Part shown: piece by piece, positions 1-13,137 of the stretch
Layout of the letters: the number at the start of each line of letters is the position of its first letter
How positions within the stretch are numbered: the first letter of the stretch is position 1
Source of the DNA: Octopus sinensis
Taxonomy: Eukaryota
Direction: 5' to 3'
DNA length: 64,000 nt
Assembly: GCF_006345805.1 (NCBI RefSeq)
Contig: NC_042997.1
Span: 209,498,001-209,562,000 of the forward strand
The notes under the pieces: model-generated
The model's input: the letters and a program-made list of their open reading frames with translations, nothing else
What the model was told of the DNA's origin: nothing
Database searches by the model: none
Made by a program: the position numbers and the translations under genes

Positions 1-244
1 GACCCGCTGATTGCCAGGGAGTCCCTCACCAATACACTCCAGCCCCTGGTCCATAGACATGCTGCTATCTCCTCAAACTGCTTTTCATTACTGCTGCTTC
101 TCAGAGCTGGATAATTTCATGCCACACAAATCTTGCACAAATCACTAGATCCTTTCTTCACAGAATTTCGTCCCTCTGGAATCCCACAACCATACTTAGA
201 GATTTCCCCTTCAGCCTGTAACCCACATCTCTCGTCCAGAATAT

Positions 245-835
245 TCTTTTCTACTTTAGGCATATGGCCTAAAATTCTTTGGCTAGTCTATTAGATCGAC
301 CCCAGTACGCAACTGGTACTTAATTTATTGACGCCGAAAGGATGAAAGGCAAAGTCAACCTCGGTGGAATTTGAACTCAGAACATAAAAGACAGACGAAA
401 TACCACTAAGCATTTCGCCCAGTGTGCTAACGTTTCTGGCAGCTCACTGCCTTAGTTAAACTATATATTCTTTTCTACTCTAGGCACAAAGCCTGAAATT
501 TTTGAGAAGTGAGCTAGTCGATTAGATTGACCCCAGAATGCAACTGGTACTTAATTTATCGACCTTGAAAGGACGAGAGGTAAAGTCGACCTCGGCAGAA
601 TTTGAACTCAGACGAAATATCTATTTCTTTACTACCCACAAGGGGCTAAACACAGAGAGGACAAACAAGGACAGACAAATGTATTAAGTCAATTACATCG
701 ACCCCAGTACGCAACTGGTACTTAATTTATCGACCCCGAAAGGATGAAAGGCAAAGTCGACCTCAGTGGAATTTGAACTCAGAACGTAGTGGCAGATGAA
801 ATACCTTTAAGCATTTCGCCCGGCATGGTATTGAT
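245..835 (-). mobile_element. Three tandem partial copies of tRNA-derived SINE family A
   Basis: Repeated unit ...CGACCCCAGT.CGCAACTGGTACTTAATTTATCGACCCCGAAAGGATGAAAGGCAAAGTCGACCTCGGCGGAATTTGAACTCAGAAC. The reverse complement has a B-box-like GAGTTCAAATTCC and a GCCTTTCATCCTTTCGGGGTCGATAAA domain resembling Sauria/Meta-type SINE cores. More than 20 copies in the window. Confidence 0.85.
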
Positions 836-1054
836 CTGCTGGAAGCTGTCCACAGACATGCAACCAGACAAATACTGTCAGTCAGTCACTTATCGTATTT
901 TGAACATCTTGCTTCTCTGGGCATCGACATACAACAGTTTCGACATGTAGCAGTTGACTTTGTAGAAGCCAACAAGATTATTCCCCATCTTTACAACTAC
1001 TATTTTGGCCATGTATTGAACTCAATATCTCTACCAAACAATGCAGCACCCATA

Positions 1055-1262
1055 GGAGGCACAATGGCCCAGTGGTTAGGGCAGCGGACTCACGGTCAGA
1101 GGATCGTGGTTTTGATTCTCAGACCGGGCGTTGGGGGTGTTTATTGAGTGAAAACACCTAAAGCTCCACAAGGCTCCGGCAGGGGGGTGGGTGACCCCTG
1201 TTGTACTCTTTCGCTCCAACTTTCTCTCACTCTTTCTTCCTGTTTCTTATCCCTGACTTCCT
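1055..1262 (+). mobile_element. tRNA-derived SINE head and body (family H)
   Basis: A-box TGGCCCAGTGGTTAGG and degenerate B-box GGTTTTGATTC. Homologous to 11650 and 53684. Confidence 0.8.
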
Positions 1263-1419
1263 ACACAACCGCTGAGCCTAGATGCGCATTCATCCATCCG
1301 TCGATGCTCTCGGTGTCGTGGGTTGACCTGCTTTCTCTTCTACAGGTCTTACGAATAGCAAAGGACCACGATTCGGACTTCTCCCACTGCGAGCTCTGGG
1401 ACGAAGACCACTTCGCTCA

Positions 1420-1545
1420 ACAGCACAGCAGCTCCCACAACTTTCAGGAACTTATTTTTCACACTCAGAATTATTGAAGCATGAAATAAGCCACCCGCAT
1501 CAGTTGTTATCTGTCAGGACACTGCATCCTTCAAAAATTTTATCA
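1420..1545 (+). mobile_element. CR1-like LINE 3' fragment
   Basis: Matches the reverse complement of the CR1 tails at 3808-4190 and 9300-9670 (CAGCTCCCA..ACTTTC.GGAA..ATTTTTTCAC.CT.AGA). Confidence 0.7.
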
Positions 1546-2015
1546 TCATCATCATCATTGTTTAATGTCCATTTTCCATACTGGCATGGGTTGTATGGTT
1601 TGACTGAGGTCTAGAGCGCCAGGAGGCTGCACCAGGCTCTAAAAATTCACTAACACTGCCCCCGACATGCCCATCCACCCTTTCCTCTTTATAACTCTTT
1701 TAATGGTCACTTCTCTATCTTTTTATGTTTTGCTGTGTATGCACTTCTGTGCCCTTCTAGCTTTCATTTCGCTTCTTTCTTTACATGACTTATATGTCTG
1801 CTTTCTGTTCCTTCTTTCACCTATTTCTAACGAGTTGTAGCACACCTGAGCATGGCATGCCATACACTTATTATGATAATTATTATCATTACACACCTGG
1901 TGCCCTTTCTTTGAATGTAGTTTGTGATGTTTACAACAACACTGGTGAGGGAACAGCTTTAATCATACGTCTGCTTGATCAGGGGCTGACCTAATGTTAA
2001 ACAACAACATAATAG

Positions 2016-2059
<44 letters not shown>

Positions 2060-2296
2060 CATGATTAAGGGACAGACTGGAGTAACCAGGTTGCAGAGTT
2101 TGTGAGACAGTTTCAGAGTCTAGTGGACCAACTGGTCCTTGTCCCTGGTCTACTTGAGCCAGACTGACCAGGGTTACATAACTATTTATACAATATCCCC
2201 AACCACTCACAAGATTAACACAGCCCTCCCATGAAACACTTAGACTAATCTCATTCATTCGTTACACACCTTCTCAAAAATGAATTAGGCTTGTTC

Positions 2297-2334
<38 letters not shown>

Positions 2335-2449
2335 TGGCTGGCAAGTTAGAGATAGGAGACAGACAAAATACCAGATGGGGTTGGGGGTGGGCAGAGGTTA
2401 TGAAATATTTTGTGATAAACAGTGTCAGAGAGGACAATGGTTAATATTA

Positions 2450-2712
2450 TTATCATCATTAGCACCACCCTCATCATCATCATCATCATCATCATCATTG
2501 TTGTCGTCATCGTTACCTTCATCGTGGTCATTACCTTCATCGGCGTTGGTGTCGGCGTCATTGTCATTGTCGTCGTTGTCGTCACCTTCATCATCATCAT
2601 CGTCATCGTCGTCACCTTCATCATCATCATCATCAACATCATCATCATCGTTGTCGTCATCAACATCATCATCATCATCATCATCATCATCACCATCATC
2701 ATCATCATCGTC

Positions 2713-2792
<80 letters not shown>

Positions 2793-3200
2793 TGTTGTCG
2801 TCATCGTCGTCATCGTCATCACCTTCATCATCATCGTTGTCGTCATCAACATCATCATCATCATCCTCCTCCTCCTCATCATTGCTGTCGTCGTCACCTT
2901 CATCATCAACATCATCATCGTCATCGTCGTCTGTCATCCTTGTTGTCGTCATCAACATCTACCCCCTCCTCCTCATCATCATTATCATCACTCCTACTAT
3001 CAGTACTACAAGCACCAGAAACACAAACATCTCCAACACCACTACCATCACCACCACCTTCACCACCACCCTCACCACCACCATTGTCAGCATAATCATT
3101 TCACCCCAACCACCACCACCACCACCATTACCACAACCCACATCATCATCGCACCACCATCTCCACCATTTCCACCACTACCATTAATACCACCATTGTC
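2450..3200. repeat. (CAT)n grading into (CAC)n microsatellite
   Basis: Direct reading. Explains the poly-S/I/M/D/H ORFs. Confidence 0.97.
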
Positions 3201-3807
3201 ATCAACTTATTGACAACAATACAAGTCCCTATGAGATCCCCTCTTTATAGTGGGATTCCCCCTTCAGGGGATAAGGTCAAAAGGGTTGACAGAAACTAGA
3301 TTTAGAGATTAAAGATAAGTCCCTGGTGAATAGATAAACCTCAAAGTTGAGCTTTTCCCTTAATCTCTAACCACTGGTTCAATACTACAACAATGACCCA
3401 AATAAACTGGCATAAAGTGGGGCATAGTAAATTGCCTAAACATAGTAGGTGAAGTATGGCAGTTAGGACAACACCGAAGGGGAAACACAGAGGGGGAAAA
3501 CAAGGACAGACAAGTGGATTAAGTTGATTACATCGACCCCAGTGCGTAACTGGTACTTAATTTATCGACCCCGAAAGGATGAAAGGCAAAGTCAACCTTG
3601 GCAGAATTTGAACTCAGAATGTAACAACAGACAAAATACTACTTGTTGTTGCCATGAGGAGAAAACTGCACGTGGTTTGAAGAAAAAATGGCTGTTGACC
3701 AGTGGTAACAGATCTCTGTTGGTTATTTAAATAGATATTCCATAGAGAAATATTTACACATTCAGGGTCACCACTTTAATGGGTTTTTAGTCCACTAATT
3801 TAATATT

Positions 3808-4190
3808 ATAATAATAATGAAATTATTGTATACAGTGCTCAGGTGCACCACAACTTGTCAGAAGTGCATATAAGCATATGCAGTATGTAGAAATGTCTGG
3901 AAAGCAACAGTGTATGAGTCAGGTACATGCTTGTGTGTGTATGGAGGGGAGAAAATCAGGTGTGTAGTGTTGGCGAATCTCAGGAAGCATAGAAGTTTGA
4001 AGGATGCAGTGTTCAGACAACTAACAACTGATGCTGGCAGTCTGTTCCATGCTTCAGCAACTCTTAGCATGAAAAAATGTTTCCTAAAGTCATGGGAGCT
4101 GTGCTGTTTTCTGACTTTGTAAACATGTCCACAGGTGGAGTTTGAAAAGGTGCTCAGAGTTATTGTTTGTAAGATGGTTGATAATTTTAT
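3808..4190 (-). mobile_element. CR1-clade LINE 3' end with (ATT)n tail
   Basis: Minus translation KIINHLTNNNSEHLFKLH, then (after a small lesion) GHVYKVRKQHSSHDFRKHFFMLRVAEAWNRLPASVVSCLNTASFK. This fits the CR1 C-terminal motif RGH..KL...FF..RV...WN.LP..VV...S...FK. Confidence 0.9.
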
Positions 4191-4574
4191 GTTCGGTTAT
4201 TCTTCGATAGCTGTTAGAATCAATCCAGTGAGGAACAACAACAACTCGTGTGAGATTGTGAAGATGTCACGTACATGAGGAATTTATTCTGATATGGAAT
4301 GAGAGCATTTGCACAGCTTGTATATTACCTTTCAAAAGAACAGAATGGAATTTGAATAAGGGAATGTTTTCGTTTTGCTGTATTCCATGATTTGGTGAAG
4401 GAGACTGAAGAAAGAGAATGTGGCGTCCATGCACGTCTTTTTATTTCTAGGCAATGAGTGCCATCTAGCTGCCAGTGATGTGACAGGGGAGATAACTATA
4501 GATGACTCTTATTGAAACCTGATGTCACTGATTCAAATTAGGTTGCCTACAGAATCTTACTGGGGCATAATATT

Positions 4575-4975
4575 CTTTTCTTCTCTTGGCACAAGGCTCG
4601 AAATTTTGTGGGGAAGGGGACCAGTCAATTAGATTGACTCCAGTATGCAACTGGTACTTAATTTATCGACCCCGAAAGGATGAAAGGCAAAGTTGACCTC
4701 GATAGAATTTGAACTCAGAATGTAAAGACAGACAAAATAACTATTTCTTTACTACCCACAAGGGGCTAAACACAGAGAGGACAAACAAGGACAGATAAAT
4801 GGATTAAGTCGATTATATCGACCCCAGTGCGTAACTGGTACTTATCTAATCAACCCTGAAAGGATGAAAGGCAAAGTTGACCTCGGTGGAATTTGAATTC
4901 AGCACGTAGCGGCAGACGAAATACCGGTAAGCATTTCACCCGGTATGCTAACGATTCTGCCAGCTCGCCTCCTTA
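4575..4975 (-). mobile_element. SINE family A with internal tandem duplication
   Basis: Two successive copies of the roughly 120-bp core, with the tRNA-like head at the right end. Confidence 0.85.
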
Positions 4976-5230
4976 CTGGGGCATAATGTTAACCAATCAA
5001 TAATAGAGTCATTGGAACAGTGACAAATTTGTAAATAAGCTTTTATTAACTTTGTGGGTAGCAATATGAAGCAGTGATGGAAATAAACAAAGTTTTTACT
5101 GGTTCAAATATATCTGAGAGGCATTTGAACCTGTAAAGGCTTTTCACTGCAATTTGACATGGAGCAAAAAAGGTAAGACAAAAAGGTGTTAAAATTCTAT
5201 AGTCAGCTTAAAGTGCTCTCAGCATTTCGA

Positions 5231-5261
5231 CTGAGGAGAACTAAAGAGCTTGAAATCGATA
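5231..5261 (+). ncRNA. Minimal type I hammerhead ribozyme motif at the apex of a ~300-nt hairpin
   Basis: CTGAGGA (5231-5237), stem II GAACT-AAAG-AGCTT with one mismatch, GAAA (5252-5255), palindrome ATCGAT (5255-5260), H17=A. Proximal stem I is degenerate, but 5198-5220 pairs with 5274-5296 at 22/23 positions. Confidence 0.6.
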
Positions 5262-6884
5262 CACCGGTTCATAGAGGGCGCTCTGAGCTGACTATGGTGT
5301 ATTAAAACCTTTTTGTGTTAAACAAGAATTTTTGTCCTTGACAAACTGCTGTGAAAAGCCGTTATGGGTTCAAATATTTTTCAAAAGTATTTGAATTTAT
5401 CTGAAGCTGGTTGTTTTATTGGCTTTCTTTTTATAACAGATTCATCTATAATTGTTTTTGGTTTAGGAACACTATCAGTAATTTCAAAGAAAGGTTTTTG
5501 TCAATACCAGTGATTCCAGTACTTGATAGGTTCTGCTTCATTGTATTAACCTCAAAAGGATAAAGAGAAAGTTGGCCTCAGCAAGTATAGAACTTGTAGT
5601 GTGGATTTGAACCCCCTAACTGCTGGAAACTCAGTAAGGCACCACAAGTGTGCCACCACAGTTCCACATGATTGATCTATAAATCAACCGGTCAGCATGA
5701 GGCTGTGCTGTGATGGGGTTTTCTCAAATGTTCTAAAATTTAACCTCTTCATCCTTATAGAAACCATTTTGGCACTTTGGATCATTACAGAGTGTCAAAG
5801 GCAGCTGACTGATCCACAGAATCAGTGATCCACCTTCAAAACCTCTTGAAAGACGATTCTTGACATTTAGACTGACAACTCCAGTTTCTGAAGAATATCT
5901 TATGAGTAACTTCTCCAAATGTTCGTGCAGTTTTTCTCTCTATCCCACCCATCATTCATTGATGATGATGATGATGATGATGAATATAAATGGCCACCAC
6001 CAAATATATTATGTTCAACAATAAATAGAAACATTGCCAGATCAGAATGGAGCCTGGTGCAGCCATCTGGCTCACCAGCTCTCAGTCAAATTGTCCAACC
6101 CATGCCAGCATGGAAAGTGGACGTTAAATGATGATGATGATGATGATGATGATGATAGGCACAGGAGTGGCTATGTGGTAAGAAGGTTCTGGGTTCAGTC
6201 CCACTGTGTGGCACCTTGGGCAAATGTCTTCCATTATAGCCTTGGGTCAATCAAAGCCTTGTGAGTGGATTTGGCTGCTTGGATGGTGCTTTTTATGTGC
6301 CACCAACATGGGAGCCAGTCAGGCGACACTGAAAGAACAGAAGTGGAAAGCTGCTTGTAAGACTGAAACCATGGATCTGTAACCACAAACTAGAAGATGC
6401 AGAGTTCAAGTGCAAAAGACAGCTCCCAGCAAGGTTTCGGTCAGCCCAGGGCTATAGGAAAAGATACTATGGTGCCCATAGTGCCATGCAGTGGGACTGA
6501 ACCAGAAATTATGTGGTTGGGAAGCAATCTTCTTACCACACAGCCACACCTGTACCTAAACTTAACCTGTAATTCTAACAACTCAAATAACTCTGCACTA
6601 ATTATTTGCTGGCTATTAATTACAATTCAGTAATTATGCACCTGTTCGATTACTATAATACCAAACTGTCTCCAACTTTTACGAATGACTGAGCATTTAA
6701 GAATATTTTCAAGATCTAATGAACTTTCAGTTATTCTAATTAAAATAATTACTTTCAACAGAAGTGTTGAACGATCAAGGTTATTAAATTTCTGTGAAAT
6801 ACAGGGTGCTGCAAAAATAAAGCTCCTATATTTTATGGTGTCGTTAATGTGATGTTATTAAAGTTTGTTAAATAATAATTATTT

Positions 6885-7284
6885 CTTTATTGCTCACAGG
6901 GGAATAAACATAGAGGAGACAAACAAAGGGTTTAAGTTGATTACATCAACCCCAGTGCGTAACTGGTACTTATTTAATTGACCCTGAAAGGATAAAAGGC
7001 AAAGTCGACTTCGGCGGAATTTGAACTCAGAACGTAACAGCAGACGAAATACCTATTTCTTTACTACCCACAAGAGGCTACACACACAGAGGACAAACAA
7101 GGACAGACAAATGGATTAAGTCAATTATATCGACTCCAGTGCATTACTGGTACTTAGTTTATCGACCCCGGAAGGATGAAAGGCAAAGTTGACCTCGGCG
7201 GAATTGGAACTCAGAATGTAATGGCAGACGAAATACCGCAAAGCATTTCGCCCGGTGTGCTAACAATTCTGCCAGCTCACCGCC
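6885..7284 (-). mobile_element. SINE family A, multi-unit copy
   Basis: Head GGCGGTGAGCTGGCAGAA on the minus strand ending at 7284. Two core units. Confidence 0.88.
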
Positions 7285-7455
7285 CTAAATAATAACGATG
7301 TCATCATGTAGCTAACACCGACAAAAGTATAACAGTCACAATTGAGGCCAATGAAAGAAATTTGGGTACTCTAAGAATTAAAGAAGCTAATCTCATAGAC
7401 AGATTAGGGCCCCAAATTAACAACAGACTGGAGGTTGGCAATCAATATATAATTT

Positions 7456-7848
7456 AGCAAGCTGGCAGAATCGTTAGCACACCGGATGAAATGCTTAGCA
7501 GTATTTCATCGGCCGTTACATTCTGAGTTCAAAATCCACTGAGGTTGACTTTGCCTTTCATCCTTTCAGGGTCGATTAAATGAGTACCAGTTATGCACTG
7601 GGGTCGATATAATCGACTTGATCCGTTTGTCTGTCCTTGTTTGTCCTCTCTGTGTTTAGCCCCTTGTTGGTAGTAAAGAAATAGGTATTTCGTCTGCTGT
7701 TATGTTCTGAGTTCAAATTCTGCCGAGGTCGACTTTGCCTTTCATCCTTTCAGGGTCAATTAAATAAGTACCAGTTATGCACTGGGTTCGATGTAATCGA
7801 CTTAATCCCTTTGTCTGTCCTTGTTTGTCCCCTCTATGTTTAGCCCCC
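7456..7848 (+). mobile_element. SINE family A, multi-unit copy
   Basis: AGCAAGCTGGCAGAATCGTTAGCACACCGG...GAGTTCAAAATCC head followed by two core units. Confidence 0.88.
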
Positions 7849-8844
7849 AGTGGGCAACAAAGACATAAATATATCATTTAGCTACACCTGGATGCTTGTG
7901 GGTTCATTTTTGATAACATGTTCATGTATTATGAAAAAAAAAAAGGAAACTACAACTATAATACATAACTTAGAAGCAGTGCTGCGGATGTGCCAACGCG
8001 CACGAGCTTGGGACGTGGCTGTCCTCATGCACTTCCCATGAGGAATTCCGGAAGGAGCTTCGTGAGACCACAGCAGAGATGCTATCGGAAAAAAAAAAAT
8101 TCAGTAACCTTTGGAAAACCGATTCTAGCAGTGACTCAATCAATTCCTAGGGATATCTGAAGAAGGAATTTTTGTATTCTGAAATATTATTATTATAATA
8201 TCAGACTCTGGATAATTAAATTATAACAGTTATTATAGTCCACTCTGCATTGTTGTACCATTCAAGACATGTTATATTTTATTGGTCAATTAAATATGCA
8301 CTGGGGTCGATGTAATTGACTTAATCCCTTTGTCTGTCCTTGTTTGTCCCTCTATGTCTAGCCCCCAGTGGGCAACAAAGACATAAATATATCATTTATT
8401 TTTTTCTTTTATTAGTCTTATCTTTTGAACAGGGACACATCATGTTTTTGTTGTTGAAATATTTACCAAGAATGGTGACTTTGGGAGGATATTTTTGCCA
8501 ACCCTAAACTAATTACCAGACTTGAAGTTTTATTTCTCTATTCTGATACATTAAACTCATCATACAATAATTGGGATTAATTATTATTTTTCTAATAAGT
8601 AATTTGTTGAAATAATCAGATTATTACTAATGTATTACAAATACTGTAACACTTACTATCCTCAATTAATCAAATCAAGTTTTTCTGAACAGGTAAGAAA
8701 CATTTCATTGTGTCCTCTTTCCCTCTTATGTCATAAAGTAGAACAGTGGCACAAATGTCTTCTGTTGTATTAAAGTGTTATGGATGCATTCCTGTGGTGT
8801 AAAAAATCTGTCAATCTGGGGGAATGGGATGGTAAAAGTACATG

Positions 8845-8894
<50 letters not shown>

Positions 8895-9299
8895 ATGAAT
8901 GCTACTGGAACATACCCTCACTCATATGCTCAGACACGGATGACAATTAGATATGTGTGTGTATATGTGTGTGTAAAAGAATGGAGGATATCTACATATG
9001 TGTGTACACTGTTCACGTTCATATGTGTGAGTGTGTGTGTGTGTGTGTAGATATGTAGGTTTTTCAACTATTCATTTATTATATTGATTACCATGTTCTT
9101 AACTTTCTTCATAAATGGATATGGATGTTACCAATTATGCAATATCAAATGTGTCTTAGATTATTTTATTACCAAAATGGAGTTTGGTGTGTTACAGCAG
9201 ACAAGGGTCATAGAGCATGGCAGTGAGAACTGAATCAAGAGAGGCAGAGAAGATAGACAGAAATAATAATAATAGTGATAATGATGATGATGATGATAG

Positions 9300-9670
9300 T
9301 AATAATGAAATTATTGTGTATAGTGCTCAGGTACACCACAACTCACCAAAGGTGCATGTACAGTACATAAAATTATGTACAAAAGTCAGGAAAGTGAACA
9401 GTGTATGAGTCATGATATACACGTGTGCATACGTATGGAGGGGTGGATATCAAGTGTAGCGTTGGCAAATTTCAGGGTGCATGGAGGTTTTAAAGGATGC
9501 AATGTCTCAGCAACTAACAACTGATGCAGGTAGTTTGTTCCATGCTTCAGCAACTCTGAGTGTGAAAAAATGTTTCTGAAAATGATGGGAGCTGTGCTGT
9601 TTTCTGACTTTGTAGGCATGGCCACATGTGTTAGACACATGGAGCTCAAAACAGTGCTCAAAGTGGTTGT
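9300..9670 (-). mobile_element. CR1-clade LINE 3' end
   Basis: Homologous to 3808-4190. Minus strand encodes ...SELLKHGTNYL in a shifted frame of RVAEAWNKLPASVVSC. Confidence 0.85.
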
Positions 9671-9744
9671 TGCCATCTCCTGTCAAACCATCCAGCCCAT
9701 GCCAGCATGGAAAACAGACATTAAATGATGAGGATTATCAAAAT

Positions 9745-10365
<621 letters not shown>

Positions 10366-10724
10366 ATGCATGTGTGTGTGTGTGTGTGTGAAAGGCATCT
10401 TTCAAAACACGGACAGTTGACTCCACAGACATTAGTCATGTCTTGCACTAGACAGATGGAGTTAGTTAATCCAACAGGAATTAGTTATGTCTTGCTCTAA
10501 ACAGATGTAGTAAGTCTATATGCCATAGGCATTAGTTATGTCTCGCTGCAGGCATAACACAATGGTGAATTAATAAAGTCTTACTACTCCTATAAGGACA
10601 GTCAATCGGTCTTCGGCAGTGGATAGATTAGTTATGTCATGCCCTAGACGGTGGTTGTTAATCCATCTCAATAATCTCATTATCAAAATAGGATTTCACT
10701 GGCCGTGGACGTTATTGAATGATT

Positions 10725-10953
10725 GCAGCATGTAGTAGTAGTAGTAGTGGTAGTAGTGGTGGTGGTGGTGGTGGTGGTAGAAGTAGAAGTGTTGATACTG
10801 CAGCTAGTTTGTGATACTTCAGTTCCACATAAGCTGCTGCTACTACCACCACCACCACCACTACTACTACTACTACCACCACTACCACTACTACTGGTGT
10901 TAGTACTGCTGCTGCTACTACTACTATTACTACTACTACTAGTGCTGCTGCTG

Positions 10954-10989
<36 letters not shown>

Positions 10990-11060
10990 TTACCACCACC
11001 ACCACCACCACAACTACCACTACTACTGGTGCTGGTACTGCTGCTGCTGCTGCTACTACT
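10725..11060. repeat. (TAG)/(CTA)/(CTG)/(CCA) compound microsatellite
   Basis: Direct reading. Confidence 0.95.
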
Positions 11061-11412
11061 AGAAAAACGCCGCCGCCGTAGTGATCTCATTCTTGCCCAC
11101 AACATCATAAGCGGAAAGTGTAACCTCTCGAAAGAGCTGTTCTTCACTCCTGCTCCAGAGCGTCGGCTGTGGGGTCACTCCGAAAAGCTCTATCTACGAC
11201 GATTTCATCTCAATCGAAGGAGAGGGGCTTTCTCCGTCCGGGTTGCGGATCCGTGGAACAAGCTGCCAGACGAGATGGTGAAGATGCCGACGACCGCTCG
11301 GTTCAAAGTCTCCCTTGACCACAAATGGCCTGAACACCCTCCCTGTACAAAACTCCCTGTCCCCCTACATGGCCTTGTTTTTTGCTTTTTGAGCCAAAAA
11401 ATTAAATTAACT
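11061..11412 (+). mobile_element. CR1-clade LINE 3' end, followed by a (CTA)n tail to ~11643
   Basis: RRRRSDLILAHNIISGKCNLSKELFFTPAPERRLWGHSEKLYLRRFHLNRRRGAFSVRVADPWNKLPDEMVKMPTTARFKVSLDHKW fits the CR1 ORF2 C-terminus. Confidence 0.92.
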
Positions 11413-11445
<33 letters not shown>

Positions 11446-11552
11446 CACTACCACTACTACTGGTGCTGGTACTGCTGCTGCTGCTACTACTACTACTACT
11501 ACTACTACTACCACTACCACTACTACTGGTGCTGGTACTGCTGCTGCTGCTG

Positions 11553-11583
<31 letters not shown>

Positions 11584-11649
11584 CACTACCACTACTACTG
11601 GTGCTGCTGCTGTTGCTGTTGCTGCTGCTGCTACTACTACTACTTGAGT

Positions 11650-12020
11650 GGAGGAGCAATGGCCCAGTGATTAGGGCAGCGGACTCGCGGTTTCGATTCC
11701 CAGACCGGGCGTTGTGAGTGTTGATTGAGCGAAAACACCTAAAAAGCTCCACGAGGCTCCGGCAGGGGATGGTGGTGATCCCTGCTGTACTCTTTCACCA
11801 CAACTTTCTCTCACTCTTACTTCCTGTTTCTGTTGTACCTGTATTTCAAAGGGCCGGCCTTGTCACACTCTGTGTCACGCTGAATATCCCCGAGAACTAC
11901 GTTAAGGGTACACGTGTCTGTGGAGTGCTCAGCCACTTACACGTTAATTTCACGAGCAGGCTGTTCCGTTGATTCGGATCAACCAGAACCCTCATCGTCG
12001 TAACCGACGGAGTGCTTCCA
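11650..12020 (+). mobile_element. tRNA-derived SINE (family H head, body type 2)
   Basis: A-box TGGCCCAGTGATTAGG and B-box GGTTTCGATTCC. The 3' part GTCTGTGGAGTGCTCAGCCACTT...GTAACCGACGGAGTGC recurs at ~33195-33292, ~48870-48905 (-) and ~58885-58912. Confidence 0.85.
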
Positions 12021-12030
12021 CCACCACTAG

Positions 12031-12070
<40 letters not shown>

Positions 12071-12804
12071 GCTCCTACTGTTACACTATCATCATTATCA
12101 GCAACAATAGTGGTGGTGATGGTGGTGGTAGTGGTGATGAGAGAAAGCAGCAGAACAGAAAAAGTTGATGAGATAAATGTGATTGGGATAAAAAAAAAGG
12201 ATGCAAATTTATTGGGAGGAGAGAGAGATTGAAATATATATTATGTATGTGTATGTGTGTGTGTGTGTGTGCGCATGTGAGCATCTGCATGCATGCATGC
12301 ACATGCACACACACATACACACACACAAACACACATATATATAGTGAGAGAGAGAAAGAGAGGGAGAAAGGGAAACAGAAAGTGAAGTAAGTGAGAGAGA
12401 GAGAGGGAGAGACTTAGATGATAGTGTTCAGAAGAAGAGAGTGTAGAAGAGAAAGTGGCCTCTCTGAGGTCCAGACAGATGTAGTTGATGTCCAACAGAT
12501 GTCCAACAGATGATCCAGTTGATGTTTAAATTGAGTTTCTGCAGCTTGATCTGTGTGAGAGGCAAAAAATATAACAAAAAACAGAGCGTGTCCCAAACTG
12601 TTGAAGTACAGGGGAGAAAGGATTGTATAAAGGGTTTTGTAAGGGATTTGGTTAGACTGGGGAGGCTTAAAGTGCTGTAAGCTACTCATTAGGTCAGAGG
12701 AGGTGGGTATAAGGCCAGTTATTTTATCGACCCACAAAGAATGAAAGGTAAAGTAAAGCACAGTGGAATTTGAACTCGGGACATCAGTCCAGCATGTTGA
12801 CAGC

Positions 12805-13137
12805 TCTGAAGAAGAAGAAGAAGAAGAAGAAGAAGAAGAAGAAGAAGAAGAAGAAGAAGAAGAAGAAGAAGAAGAGGGAGAAGAAGAAGAAGAAGAAGAA
12901 GAAGAAGAAGAAGAGGGAGAAGAAGAGGGAGAAGAAGAGGGAGAAGAAGAAGAAGAAGAGAAGAGAAGAAGAAGAAGAAGAGGGAGAAGAAGAAGAGAGA
13001 AGAAGAAGAAGAAGAAGAAGAAGAAGAAGAAGAAGAAGAAGAAGAAGAAGAAGAAGAAGAAGAAGAAGAAAAAGAAGAAGAAGAAGAGAGAAGAAGAAGA
13101 AGAAGAAGAAGAAGAGAGAGAAGAAGAAGAAGGATGA
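12805..13137. repeat. (GAA)n microsatellite
   Basis: Direct reading. Explains the poly-E/K/R/F/S ORFs. Confidence 0.98.

Noticed and set aside
1055-1130. tRNA-like sequences at SINE heads (also 11650, 53684, 55841)
   Set aside because: A/B boxes are present but the cloverleafs are broken and continue into SINE bodies, so they are not tRNA genes.
12420-12560. Minus-strand FKHQLDHLL as a LINE C-terminal remnant
   Set aside because: Too short and degenerate to assign.
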